DNA of 64,000 bases from Chitinophagales bacterium (GTDB taxonomy: Bacteria; Bacteroidota; Bacteroidia; Chitinophagales; Chitinophagaceae): positions 8,240 through 72,239 of the forward strand of contig JBBQEA010000002.1 of NCBI GenBank assembly GCA_038320245.1, given 5' to 3'. The translations under genes and the position numbers were made by a program. The notes under the pieces are model-generated. The model worked only from the letters and a program-made list of their open reading frames with translations, did not search any database and was not told where the DNA came from. This document shows positions 9,857 to 20,267 of this stretch, one piece after another. The first letter of the stretch is position 1. The number at the start of each line of letters is the position of its first letter.

Positions 9857-11137
9857 ATGACAATAATTATTATTAACTATCGTTTTTTTATTTCAGGTGG
9901 TCCGGAAAGATATCTATTTAATGTAATTGATCTTTTACAAAAAAATGGGCATACGGTTGTACCATTTAGTGTTAAACACAATAAAAACAATCCAACCCCA
10001 TACGAAAACTATTTTTTAGATGCGATAGGTGATGGAGATGAAGTATATGCAAATGAGTATAACAAAACTGATTTTGACACGATAAAAAAATCTTTGGGTA
10101 GAATGTTATATTCCAAAGAAGCAAAACGGAAATTAAAGGTTTTAATAAATGATGTAAAGCCCGATTTAATATATGTGCTGTATTATCAAAATAAGATTTC
10201 TGCCAGCATTTTTGAAGCAGCAGATGAATCTAAGATACCAGTTGTAATTAGAATTTCAGATTTTGGACAAATATGTGCCAATTCATTGCTATACAGATCG
10301 CAACAAAACGCAATTTGCGAAAAATGTGTACATGGAAGTAAGTGGAATGCGGTTAAATATAAATGTGTGCAAAATTCGTATGTCTATTCTGCTGTAAAAG
10401 CTGCTTCTTTAACGATTGCAGAAAGTATTGTTAAGATCAGACACAAAATAGATGCTTACGTGGTGCCTTCAACTTTTACAATGCAAAAGCTGTCGGAATA
10501 TGGTATTGATAATAAAAAATTAAATCATATTCCTACCTTTTTTAACGATGAAATGGTAGCAGCTACATCCAGTATAAGTTATCAACCTTTTGCGTTATAC
10601 GTTGGAAGAATAGTTCAGGAAAAAGGATTGCTCACTATGATTAAGGCTTTTGTAAATACAAATTTAAACCTTAAAATAATTGGGTTTTCGGACAATATGT
10701 ATCAGCAGGAACTGGAGAAATATTTAGCCGATAAGCCGCATAACATTGAGTTTTTGGGCCGAAAAAGTTTCCATGAAATAATTCCCTTTTTACAAACATG
10801 CGCCTTTACAATTGTACCATCGGAAGTTTATGATAATTTCCCTAATTCGGTTTTAGAAAGTTATGCATTTAAAAAAGCTGTAATTGCAACAGATTTAGGA
10901 AGTTTAAAGGAAATGATTGATGATAGAAAAACAGGGGTTTTATTTAAAATGCAGGATGAGACAGATCTCAGGGAAAAAGTTATTGAATTACTAAATAATC
11001 CGAATTTGTGTGAACAGTATGGCATAAATGGATTTAAAAAATTAGAAGACGAATTTGGAGCAGAAATGCATTACGAGAAGCTGATGAATGTTTTTTCGGG
11101 TGTATTAAAAAAGGATATGCAGGTTGTAATGTCTTAG
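9857..11137 (+). CDS. Glycosyltransferase family 4 with a Cys-rich insert
   Basis: GGPERY, YVGRIVQEKG, DNFPNSVLESYA; C-x13-C-x2-C-x12-C insert. Confidence 0.9.
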   Translation: MTIIIINYRFFISGGPERYLFNVIDLLQKNGHTVVPFSVKHNKNNPTPYENYFLDAIGDGDEVYANEYNKTDFDTIKKSLGRMLYSKEAKRKLKVLINDVKPDLIYVLYYQNKISASIFEAADESKIPVVIRISDFGQICANSLLYRSQQNAICEKCVHGSKWNAVKYKCVQNSYVYSAVKAASLTIAESIVKIRHKIDAYVVPSTFTMQKLSEYGIDNKKLNHIPTFFNDEMVAATSSISYQPFALYVGRIVQEKGLLTMIKAFVNTNLNLKIIGFSDNMYQQELEKYLADKPHNIEFLGRKSFHEIIPFLQTCAFTIVPSEVYDNFPNSVLESYAFKKAVIATDLGSLKEMIDDRKTGVLFKMQDETDLREKVIELLNNPNLCEQYGINGFKKLEDEFGAEMHYEKLMNVFSGVLKKDMQVVMS

Positions 11138-11290
11138 TTAAATTAATCAGCAATATATCAAGCTGTACAAAGTTTTCTGAAGTGAGATAGCCAAATTTAG
11201 CAGCGGTAACAGATTGCTGAAATAATTATAATAGTAGGTTGGTTTATGGTTTTTTAATTAACAAACTTAAATGGAGTAAAAAAAATAACA

Positions 11291-12196
11291 ATGAGTAAAA
11301 AAAAGATCTACATCGCAGGTTCTGGCGGTATGTTGGGTGAAGCATTTTATCACCAGTTTAAAGATGAATATGAAATTAAATGCACGGATAAGGATGTTAA
11401 TGAAACCTGGCTATCCTATTTGGATTTCAGGGATTTGGCAGCCTATAGAAAAGATGTATATGATTTTAAACCCGATTATTTATTTCACCTGGGAGCATAT
11501 ACCAATCTTGAATATTGTGAAGAAAATGCAGAAGATACTTATGCTACAAACACCATGTCGGTTGAAAACGCAGTCTATATTGCAAATGAACTTAACATCC
11601 CCATGTTATACATAAGTACGGCTGGTATATTTGATGGTGCCAAAGAATTATATGATGACTGGGATTTGCCCAATCCCCTGGGAGTATATGCAAGATCTAA
11701 ATACATGGGTGAAAGATATGTTGCAGAAAACGCCCGCCGCTTTTTAATTTGCCGTGCAGGATGGATGATGGGTGCAGGTCCAAAAAAGGATAAGAAATTT
11801 ATCCAAAAATTAATGCAGCAATTAAAAGATGGTAAAAAAGAGTTGTTTATCGTTGATGACAAAGACGGTACACCAACATTTACACACGACTTTGCAAAGA
11901 ATGTTAAGGCATTAATACAAAATGAATATTGGGGATTGTACAATATGGTTTGCGGCGGACAGACAAGCAGACTGGAAGTGGCAGGAGAATTGCTAGTGCA
12001 ACTGGGATTAAACGACACAGTGAAAATAACCAGTGTAAAATCTGATTATTTTAAAGAAATTTATTTTGCAGAACGGCCTCCATGTGAAAGACTGGTAAAC
12101 CGTAAACTGGAGTTGCGCAACCTGAATTTAATGCAGGATTGGAGAGTGGCTTTGAAACAATACATTGACCAATATTATCAAGGGTATCTAGATTAG
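11291..12196 (+). CDS. RmlD-like (dTDP-4-dehydrorhamnose reductase family) SDR oxidoreductase
   Basis: GSGGMLG, YIST, PLGVYARSK (YxxxK), GTPTF, AERP. Divergent, so the substrate is uncertain. Confidence 0.82.
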   Translation: MSKKKIYIAGSGGMLGEAFYHQFKDEYEIKCTDKDVNETWLSYLDFRDLAAYRKDVYDFKPDYLFHLGAYTNLEYCEENAEDTYATNTMSVENAVYIANELNIPMLYISTAGIFDGAKELYDDWDLPNPLGVYARSKYMGERYVAENARRFLICRAGWMMGAGPKKDKKFIQKLMQQLKDGKKELFIVDDKDGTPTFTHDFAKNVKALIQNEYWGLYNMVCGGQTSRLEVAGELLVQLGLNDTVKITSVKSDYFKEIYFAERPPCERLVNRKLELRNLNLMQDWRVALKQYIDQYYQGYLD

Positions 12197-12200
12197 TTAA

Positions 12201-13319
12201 ATGGAAAAATTAAGAATTGCTGCTTTTGGAGGCTTCCGTTGTATACCTCCCAAGGCTGGTGCTGCAGGCTCCGATAAAATTGCATTTGAGCTTTATCCCA
12301 GAATTGTTGGTAAAGGGCATGCCCTGTTGGCGTATTGCAGAATTTATCCAAACGATAAGGATGTGCAGCATACTCAATACGAAGGTGTACAAATAAAATA
12401 TTTTAAAACTGTTCAAAAAGCCGGCTTTGATACACTCGTACATTCAGCTAAAGCCACATTCGATGTAATTTTTCACAACACGGCAGATGTAGTTCATCTG
12501 CATAGTGGTGCTAATAGTATTTGGGCAATGCTTTTAAGAGTTGCAGGCAAGCGGGTTGTTATCAGCCAGTTTGCAATGGATTGGAAGAGGGATAAATGGC
12601 CATGGTATGGTAAACTATTTTACATGGTTTCAAATTACCTTACTGCTTACTGTCCCAATGCAGTTGCTTTCGACAATGTTTTTACCAAAGAATATTTCGA
12701 GAAAAAATTCAATAGAAAATATGATTTCATTCCATATGGATCTGAAGTAAAAACACCGCCCGCCAACATTGACATCCTAAATAAATTGGATATCAAACTG
12801 GGAGAATATTTTTTATTTGTGGGGCGATTTATCCCCGATAAAGGACTTCATTTGCTGGTAGCGGCTTTTGAGGCATTAAATACGGATAAAAAATTGGTTT
12901 TAATTGGAGGTTCTCCCAATCCAAACGAGTACGAGGCTAACGTTAAAAAGACGAATGATAAGCGTATCGTTTTTCCAGGTTATGTGTATGGGGATGATAC
13001 CAACATTTTAATGAAAAATGCTTACGCATATGTGCAGCCTTCCTTAATTGAAGGCTTGTCGCCTGTAATTCTTACTGTAATGGGGTTAGGAGTTCCTTTG
13101 ATATGCTCTGATATCGTCGAGAATAAATTTATTTGTGGCGAAAATGCTACCACCTTTATTTCTGGTGATAAAGCAGCTCTCGGGAATCAACTTCAATACG
13201 TTATTGACCATAATGATGAAATAAAGGCGAAAGCGGAGGCCGGTGCTATAGACATAAAGGAAAGGTTTAATTGGGATACAATAACTGATCAATATATCAG
13301 TTTACTTAAAAAACAATAA
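12201..13319 (+). CDS. Glycosyltransferase family 4
   Basis: FLFVGRFIPDKG and PSLIEGLSPVIL..MGLGVPLICSDI. Confidence 0.9.
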   Translation: MEKLRIAAFGGFRCIPPKAGAAGSDKIAFELYPRIVGKGHALLAYCRIYPNDKDVQHTQYEGVQIKYFKTVQKAGFDTLVHSAKATFDVIFHNTADVVHLHSGANSIWAMLLRVAGKRVVISQFAMDWKRDKWPWYGKLFYMVSNYLTAYCPNAVAFDNVFTKEYFEKKFNRKYDFIPYGSEVKTPPANIDILNKLDIKLGEYFLFVGRFIPDKGLHLLVAAFEALNTDKKLVLIGGSPNPNEYEANVKKTNDKRIVFPGYVYGDDTNILMKNAYAYVQPSLIEGLSPVILTVMGLGVPLICSDIVENKFICGENATTFISGDKAALGNQLQYVIDHNDEIKAKAEAGAIDIKERFNWDTITDQYISLLKKQ

Positions 13320-13327
13320 AAGAAGAT

Positions 13328-14338
13328 ATGCTAAAAATTGCTTTAATAGGGGCTGGAAAGATGGGGATATCCCATTTATCGATATTAGGTGGATATGCAG
13401 ATGCAGATATCGTTGGTGTTTGCGATACCTCTAAAATGGTAACTGATTTTTTATCCAAACAAGGAAAGTTTAACTGCTTTGCAGACTACAATAAAATGAT
13501 TGCAGAAACTAAACCGGATGCGGTTGTAGTAGCAGTTCCAACCAAATTTCATTATAGCATTATAAAGGACTTATTAGAAAAAAATATTCACGTTTTTGCT
13601 GAAAAGCCTTTCTGCCTTAATTATGAGCAGAGTGAAGAATTGGTTGCGTTAGCAGCAAAAAACAAGTTGGTTAACCAGGTAGGTTATCATAATAAGTTTA
13701 TAGGAACTTTTAAGGAAGTTAAACGAATAGCTAATAGTGGTGCCCTTGGTGATATCTATCATTTTATTGGTGAATCGTATGGTCCGGTAGTAGTAAAAAA
13801 GAAAGCGGAAACCTGGCGGTCAGATCCTGCAGAAGGTGGCGGATGTTTATTGGATTATGCATCGCATGTAATTGATCTTCTAAATGGAATTTTATCTCCG
13901 GTAAAGTCTGCAAAAGGTACTTTACTTAAATCTATTTATTCTGGAAAAGTAGAAGATGCAGTGTATTCCCTACTCGAAATGCAGTCGGGACAAACTGGTT
14001 TACTTTCAGTAAACTGGAGTGATGATACCTACCGTAAAATGTCAACCTCAGTAACTTTGGTAGGTACGCAAGGAAAGCTGGTATCCGATGCCAACGAATT
14101 AAAAGTGTTTTTTAAAGAAGACAATGCGCTTGCAGGATATTCAAAAGGATGGAATGTAAAATACATAACAGAGTTACAGGACAATGTTGACTTCTATTTA
14201 AGGGGAGAAGAATATTCTGCCCAACTAGATTACTTTGTAAAAGCAGCAAAAGGAGAAGTGCCTAACAACATTAATAATTTTGCAAGTGCTGCAAATACAG
14301 ATAAAGCCATTTCGATCATAAGAAATAATTCAAAATAA
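13328..14338 (+). CDS. Gfo/Idh/MocA family oxidoreductase
   Basis: IGAGKMG, HVFAEKP, GGGCLLDYASHVID. Confidence 0.92.
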   Translation: MLKIALIGAGKMGISHLSILGGYADADIVGVCDTSKMVTDFLSKQGKFNCFADYNKMIAETKPDAVVVAVPTKFHYSIIKDLLEKNIHVFAEKPFCLNYEQSEELVALAAKNKLVNQVGYHNKFIGTFKEVKRIANSGALGDIYHFIGESYGPVVVKKKAETWRSDPAEGGGCLLDYASHVIDLLNGILSPVKSAKGTLLKSIYSGKVEDAVYSLLEMQSGQTGLLSVNWSDDTYRKMSTSVTLVGTQGKLVSDANELKVFFKEDNALAGYSKGWNVKYITELQDNVDFYLRGEEYSAQLDYFVKAAKGEVPNNINNFASAANTDKAISIIRNNSK

Positions 14339-14344
14339 TAAGTA

Positions 14345-15223
14345 ATGGAAAGAATACTTTTTGGAGATAACCAGTTTTTTGCAGTTAATCATATTTCAGA
14401 TAGCAAATCACGTGAACAATCTATAAAATTTAAAGACGATAGTGCAATTATAAAAGTATTGGACGATGCTATCAATGCCGGAATAAATACTTTTATGTGT
14501 ACCACTCACGACAGAATTGCCAATATTTGCGATATCATAAGAGCTAACCCGGAAAAGTACAAAGACTTTAAAATTTTTCCCTGTATGCCTTATGCCCATA
14601 AATATGCCAATGCGGTAACTGAGTTAGGCATTGCAGGAACTTTAAAACAATATGTTCCTGGTAATTTTTTTGGTTCATTATTTAAAGGCGGTATGGCTTA
14701 TTTGTCTAAAGATTATGAATCGATTATGGAATTGATGATAGATGCAGAAATGAAAATGTTTAAGGGTATTAATACACCTGTAATATGGTTGCAAAATGTA
14801 ATTACAGATTTACTATTGGGTTTAAGAGCTTACGATGTGTTAGTTGCATTTCATGTTTACATAAAAAAGAAGTACAATGTAGAGGCAGGTTTCATTACAA
14901 TGAATATGCCCAAACTGGTTGAAGTACTTGAAAAGGCTGGCGTAGATAACCCGATTATATGTTCATCTATAAACAAAGCTGGATTCAGAATGTCGGGTGG
15001 TAAAGAAATTTACGAAGAAACATTGAGGACTAAAAAGTTTCGGGCAGTTGCTATGCAGGTTTTAGGCGGCGGTGCAATTAGGCCAAAAGAAGCACTTGAA
15101 TATGTGTGCGGATTACCAAATATTGAATCGGTTTTGTTTGGTGCTTCATCAAAAGGAAATATCGAAAATACAGTTTCAATAATTCATTCTTTCGATAAAA
15201 AAATGATGCTGGAAGCAAATTAA
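14345..15223 (+). CDS. Hypothetical protein, probable aldo-keto-reductase-like TIM barrel
   Basis: ILFGDNQFF N-terminus; AMQVLGGG..PKEALEYV..IESVLFGASS C-terminus resembles an AKR fold; 6 nt after the oxidoreductase. Confidence 0.55.
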   Translation: MERILFGDNQFFAVNHISDSKSREQSIKFKDDSAIIKVLDDAINAGINTFMCTTHDRIANICDIIRANPEKYKDFKIFPCMPYAHKYANAVTELGIAGTLKQYVPGNFFGSLFKGGMAYLSKDYESIMELMIDAEMKMFKGINTPVIWLQNVITDLLLGLRAYDVLVAFHVYIKKKYNVEAGFITMNMPKLVEVLEKAGVDNPIICSSINKAGFRMSGGKEIYEETLRTKKFRAVAMQVLGGGAIRPKEALEYVCGLPNIESVLFGASSKGNIENTVSIIHSFDKKMMLEAN

Positions 15224-15271
15224 TTTTTCTTTCAACACAATTTTACATGCCTTGAATTATAAATAAAAATT

Positions 15272-16327
15272 ATGAAAATTTTAGTTACAGGCGCAGCCGG
15301 GTTTATCGGATATCATTTAGTAAACCAGCTTATAAAAAATGGGTTTGAAGTAGTGGGCCTGGACTCAATTAATGATTATTACCATACCAGTCTTAAGTAC
15401 GACAGGCTTTTTGAGGCTGGGATAGCTGAAGAATGTATTGAATATAATGTATCTACTGTTAGTACAAAAATGGCTGGGTATTCGTTTGTTCAACTTAAAA
15501 TGGAAGATAGAGAGAATCTCGAAAAGTTGTTTGTTAGCCAGCAATTTGATTTTGTAGTAAACCTTGCAGCACAGGCAGGTGTAAGATATAGTATTACCAA
15601 CCCTTCAGCTTATATAGAAAGTAATATTGTTGGCTTTGCAAATTTATTGGAATGTTGCCGGCACAACAACATTAAGCATTTTGTGTATGCAAGCAGTAGC
15701 AGTGTGTATGGCTTAAATGAAACGGTTCCTTTTTCAACAAATCACCCGGTAGATCATCCAATCAGTTTATATGCAGCTACTAAAAAAAGCAATGAACTGA
15801 TGGCGCATGTTTATAGTCATTTGTATGGTTTGCCAACAACAGGATTGCGTTTTTTCACCGTTTATGGTCCGTGGGGAAGGCCGGATATGGCTATGTTTTT
15901 ATTCACCAAAGCTATTATTGAAGGGCAGCCTATACAGGTTTTTAACAATGGTGAAATGGAACGTGACTTTACTTATATTGATGATATTGTGGATGGGGTA
16001 ATAAGAGTAGTAAATAACCCTGCCTTACCTAATCCCAAATGGTCTGGTACAACGCCGGAACCATCTTCCTCTAAGGCGCCTTACCAGTTGTATAATATTG
16101 GTAATAGTGCTCCAATTAAACTTACAAAATTTATAGAGGCCATTGAAAATAAATTGGGCAAGAAAGCCGAAAAAATAATGATGCCAATGCAGCCAGGAGA
16201 TGTGTTTAAGACTTATGCAGATGTAAGTGCGTTAAAAACAAACCATGGTTACCTCCCATCTACATCTGTGCAAGAGGGAGTAAATAATTTTATTGATTGG
16301 TATTTGGGATATTTCAATAATAATTAG
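15272..16327 (+). CDS. UDP-glucuronate 4-epimerase-like NAD-dependent epimerase (CapI/Uge type)
   Basis: GAAGFIG, LAAQAGVRYS, YAATKKSNE, GLRFFTVYGPWGRPDMA. Confidence 0.93.
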   Translation: MKILVTGAAGFIGYHLVNQLIKNGFEVVGLDSINDYYHTSLKYDRLFEAGIAEECIEYNVSTVSTKMAGYSFVQLKMEDRENLEKLFVSQQFDFVVNLAAQAGVRYSITNPSAYIESNIVGFANLLECCRHNNIKHFVYASSSSVYGLNETVPFSTNHPVDHPISLYAATKKSNELMAHVYSHLYGLPTTGLRFFTVYGPWGRPDMAMFLFTKAIIEGQPIQVFNNGEMERDFTYIDDIVDGVIRVVNNPALPNPKWSGTTPEPSSSKAPYQLYNIGNSAPIKLTKFIEAIENKLGKKAEKIMMPMQPGDVFKTYADVSALKTNHGYLPSTSVQEGVNNFIDWYLGYFNNN

Positions 16328-16507
16328 TTAATAAATAAAAGTGTTAATTGTATGTATTTAGCGTATTGAGACAATACATAAATGCTGTTAGCTGTATTAA
16401 ATATTGTATTGCTATTTATACAGATAAATTCAAAAACTAACAAATCAATGGTTTAAGTATTGCTGGATACTTTGTAACTCTTTTCAAAAAAACCTATTTT
16501 ATAAATA

Positions 16508-17389
16508 ATGGAAAAGCAAATGTTAAATGTGTTTTTTGTAGTTGATAAAAACTTTATTACCCATTTTACTGTTTCGCTCACCTCACTATTGGAAAATAAC
16601 CGGGATATAGATATTTCCGTTTACGTTATTCATGATCTGGATGACAAATTTGCTTTTGATAATATTATCAGCTTTTGTAAAAGTAAGTATAATGTTATCC
16701 TGAATATTATTGAAATAGACAATAGCCTATTCGATAATTTACCGATAACAGACAATATTTCAAAAGCTTCTTATTTTAGATTGTTGTTGGCAGATATTTT
16801 ACCCCAAAATGTTTTGTCGGGATTATATATTGACTGTGATACTATTGTAACTGGTTCATTAAAGGATTTATTGGAAATTAGTTTTTTTGACAAGGGAGAT
16901 AAAAATAAGGAGTATAGTCTTTTAGCTGTTAGTGATGCCAACGGCGCTAAAGAAGTATTGAGATTAAATGAACTAGGTGTAGACTCTAAGTTTTATTTTA
17001 ATGCTGGAGTGCTTTTTATAAATTTGGAAAAATGGAGAAATGATGCAGTTTCAAAAAAGATAATGATAGTGGCGGAACAATATAAAGATTATTTAAAGTG
17101 GCACGACCAAGATGTATTAAATATATTTTTCGTAAACAAAAGTGGAAAGTTAGATGCAGGTTACAATGGTTTTGCATCGAAGCTACTTCCTAAAATGCCA
17201 GTTATCCTTCATTTTAACGGATCTTCTAAACCCTGGCATTACTTTAATGAAGGCCCTTACAAATCAATTTATTGGAAATACTTAAAAATGACTCCATTTA
17301 AAAATGAAAGATTTGAAGAAATAACAATTAATAATCGGATTCGGAAAATAAAAAATATTGTGAAAAAACATCTTAATATCCAATCCTGA
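16508..17389 (+). CDS. Glycosyltransferase family 8
   Basis: YFRLL, LYIDCD (DxD), YFNAGV, DQDVLN, HFNG..KPW. Confidence 0.93.
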   Translation: MEKQMLNVFFVVDKNFITHFTVSLTSLLENNRDIDISVYVIHDLDDKFAFDNIISFCKSKYNVILNIIEIDNSLFDNLPITDNISKASYFRLLLADILPQNVLSGLYIDCDTIVTGSLKDLLEISFFDKGDKNKEYSLLAVSDANGAKEVLRLNELGVDSKFYFNAGVLFINLEKWRNDAVSKKIMIVAEQYKDYLKWHDQDVLNIFFVNKSGKLDAGYNGFASKLLPKMPVILHFNGSSKPWHYFNEGPYKSIYWKYLKMTPFKNERFEEITINNRIRKIKNIVKKHLNIQS

Positions 17390-17519
17390 TTATTCACCTA
17401 CACCAAAACTTAGTGATCAGGAAGCATTTAAGCTATTAATTCCGATCATTCAATTAAGTGTATTAAAAATTAAAGTCAATTATTCCAGGCTATTTATATA
17501 AAATTATAATAATTACAAT

Positions 17520-18716
17520 TTGTTAAAAAAACACCTTTTCGTTGATGGAATAATTGTAGTTATTATACTTATATTCTTACAGTTTTTTTCATACACAAAA
17601 CTCCCGGATATTAAATTGCTTTTAATTTTATCGCTGTTGGGATTGTTGTTTTTTATTTTTACTGCCTATGGCTTTTTGACCCAACAATTCAAAACAAAGC
17701 ACCCATTAGATAAAATTGTTTTCACCTTTATTTGTTGCTTTATTATAAGTGCTTTTATGGCAAACATTTATTGGAGTCAATCATTTGAATCGTCGCTGAA
17801 ATCTTGTAGTAATTTTTATGTTTACTTTTTATATTTTGTATTTATAATTTTAGATGTTCAGGAAGATAGAGTTGAAAGGATATTGAAAGTGTTATTTTTT
17901 CTTTCTTTACTTATATTTTTAATTGATTATGCAACTTTTCCTGATCCGCTATTTTCATATAGAAGCGAAGAACGAAGAAACGGTATTACTATATTTTTTT
18001 ATGGACAAGGCTTTACTTTTTTAGGGGGATTTTATTATCTAAATAAATTTTTTGAAGAGAAAAAAATAATCAATTTAGGTTGGTTTTTAGCTGCAAGTTT
18101 CTGTTTGTTCATGCTTACTCAGGCTAGAATGAATTTATTTGCACTAGCTCTTGGTTTCTTTCTAATACTAATTTTTAGTGACCTTTCTCTTAGATACGTA
18201 TTAAGTTTTGCATTAATTATTGCCGGCTTTGTTTTTTATTCCACGTCAAGCATATTCACCGGCATTAAGGATGAAACTAAATCACAGGCACAATTTTATA
18301 AAGAGGATGTACGAGTTCAAGCTCATACTTATTTTCTAACTGTATTGCAAGGCGGTTTACCAACCCAAATTTTTGGAAATGGCTTGCCTGGATCCGACAG
18401 TGATCTCGATATTCAATCTAGGAGAGCAAAAGATAAGGGTTACTGGACTGCAGATGTTGGGCTTACAGGTATTTTTAGTTATTTCGGCATTGTGGGAGTT
18501 ATTGTTTGGCTTTTGTTTTTTTATAATGCTTTTAAAACAAAGAACACCACCCATACGATGTACCTTAAGGCATATTTTTTAACATTATTAACTACTGCCA
18601 TTGCGGGTTATTCTATTTTTGAGCCGGGCTATATGCCAGCAACAGTATTGGCGTTGTATTTAATTAGATGTTCAACATTGTCAAATTATAACTACGAAGA
18701 TCCAGAGCCAATTTAG
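17520..18716 (+). CDS. Polysaccharide polymerase (Wzy) or O-antigen-ligase-like membrane protein
   Basis: Many hydrophobic segments with a late periplasmic loop (VR..A..YF..FGNG..ADVG..G); adjacent to the flippase; TTG start. Confidence 0.65.
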   Translation: MLKKHLFVDGIIVVIILIFLQFFSYTKLPDIKLLLILSLLGLLFFIFTAYGFLTQQFKTKHPLDKIVFTFICCFIISAFMANIYWSQSFESSLKSCSNFYVYFLYFVFIILDVQEDRVERILKVLFFLSLLIFLIDYATFPDPLFSYRSEERRNGITIFFYGQGFTFLGGFYYLNKFFEEKKIINLGWFLAASFCLFMLTQARMNLFALALGFFLILIFSDLSLRYVLSFALIIAGFVFYSTSSIFTGIKDETKSQAQFYKEDVRVQAHTYFLTVLQGGLPTQIFGNGLPGSDSDLDIQSRRAKDKGYWTADVGLTGIFSYFGIVGVIVWLLFFYNAFKTKNTTHTMYLKAYFLTLLTTAIAGYSIFEPGYMPATVLALYLIRCSTLSNYNYEDPEPI

Positions 18717-18793
18717 ATACAACACACAATAATGTTTTATAAATATAATTGATACACAAAAAGCTTATAAAAGTAAAAATATCCTGATTCAAA

Positions 18794-20239
18794 ATGCTAG
18801 CATCAATAAAGCGGTTTTCTTCAAAAAATACAATTTTAAAAAACTTTTCGGTATTAACTTTATCGAGTGCTTTATCCCAGTTTTTGTTCATTTTTACCAG
18901 TATTAAAATTGCCCGAACTTTAAATCCTGAATTATTTGGCACTTATAATTTACTTCAATTACATGTTTCTATTTTTACAGTCATAGCATCTTTCGGTATA
19001 CGGCAAATTATAATTAGAAGTATAGCAAGAGAAAAAACGAGTATCAAAAAAGTATTTTCCATTGCATTGATTATTCGAAGTCTTGGACTTTTATTTTCAA
19101 TTACACTATTTGTTGTTTATTATTTTTTTACCGGCAAATACGATGTAATATTTTTTGTATTGTCGTTTTTCTGCATCTTATCATCGTCTTTATTTGATTT
19201 GTTTGAGAGTGTTGCTTTTGGATTGGAAAAAATGGAGTTCTCAGGGATAATTAATTTTTTCAATAGCCTATGTTGGCTTACCACCATTTTAATAATTCCC
19301 ACTAGCAAGTTATCTTTACAAGTAATATTCGGATTGTTTGTGTTTTTTAGTTCTCTTAAAACTATCATATACTTTTTTTCAATACATAAAAGTGAATACA
19401 TAAAAGGATTTACACTTAGTAATACATCCAAAAATGAAATCACTTTATTTTCAAAAGAATGTTTTCCCTATTATTACCTGGCTTTATTTACTTTGTTAAG
19501 TAATCAAATTCCCTTGCTTTTTTTAGAATATCGGTCAGGTGTTGCTCAAGTTGGTTTTTTCAATATAGCCAGTAAAGTTTTGATGCCTATAAACCTTATC
19601 TTAACAACTACGCTAGCTGCTATATTTCCTAATTTATCAAGATTATTTGTTACGGATTATAAGCAATTTATTAGAAATGTAAAATTAATTTTTATCTTAA
19701 TTTCAATTTTTGGAATTGCGGGTGCATTTGGTGTTACACTGTTTCGCCAGGAAGTAATTCAATTGCTATACGGCGAAAAATATAAAACATCTAGTTTGGT
19801 TTTGGGATTCCAGATTTGGTATGTAGCCATTTATTCTGGTGTATGTTTAATCGGAACTATTTTAGGTGCTATTAACAGACAAAAGCAATTAAGTTATTTA
19901 TCAATTGTTTGTACATTAATTCAAGTGCCCATTTTATGGTATGGTGCAAAATTTGGCGCTCAATACCTTTCTGCTGCTTTTTTGGTTGCAACTACAATCA
20001 ACTTTGTAATTCACATTTTTGTAATTCATTCTTATTTAAAAGCTTCAATACAGCTTAGTTTTTATTTAAAAATAATGAGCTTTTATATAATCGGGTATTT
20101 AATTTCCTTATTAACCCCTGTTGGTTTAGGGTTTGCCTATAAGGTAATTATCTTTTTATTGATAGCATTATTGGGAGCATTTTTCATTTTCAATAAATAT
20201 AAAACCGAACTAAGGACCCTTTTTAATCGTAAAAAATAA
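18794..20239 (+). CDS. wzx: Oligosaccharide flippase (Wzx family)
   Basis: KNFSVL..IARTLNPELFGTY, VGFFNIA, AIFPNLSRL, LLYGEKY; polytopic 481 aa. Confidence 0.88.
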   Translation: MLASIKRFSSKNTILKNFSVLTLSSALSQFLFIFTSIKIARTLNPELFGTYNLLQLHVSIFTVIASFGIRQIIIRSIAREKTSIKKVFSIALIIRSLGLLFSITLFVVYYFFTGKYDVIFFVLSFFCILSSSLFDLFESVAFGLEKMEFSGIINFFNSLCWLTTILIIPTSKLSLQVIFGLFVFFSSLKTIIYFFSIHKSEYIKGFTLSNTSKNEITLFSKECFPYYYLALFTLLSNQIPLLFLEYRSGVAQVGFFNIASKVLMPINLILTTTLAAIFPNLSRLFVTDYKQFIRNVKLIFILISIFGIAGAFGVTLFRQEVIQLLYGEKYKTSSLVLGFQIWYVAIYSGVCLIGTILGAINRQKQLSYLSIVCTLIQVPILWYGAKFGAQYLSAAFLVATTINFVIHIFVIHSYLKASIQLSFYLKIMSFYIIGYLISLLTPVGLGFAYKVIIFLLIALLGAFFIFNKYKTELRTLFNRKK

Positions 20240-20267
20240 ATATTCTTTTTTACTTAAATCTTACAAA

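Noticed and set aside
9857-11137. Four-Cys insert in the GT4 as a novel metal site
   Set aside because: Similar C..CxxC..C inserts are common in this GT4 subgroup; kept only as part of the feature description.
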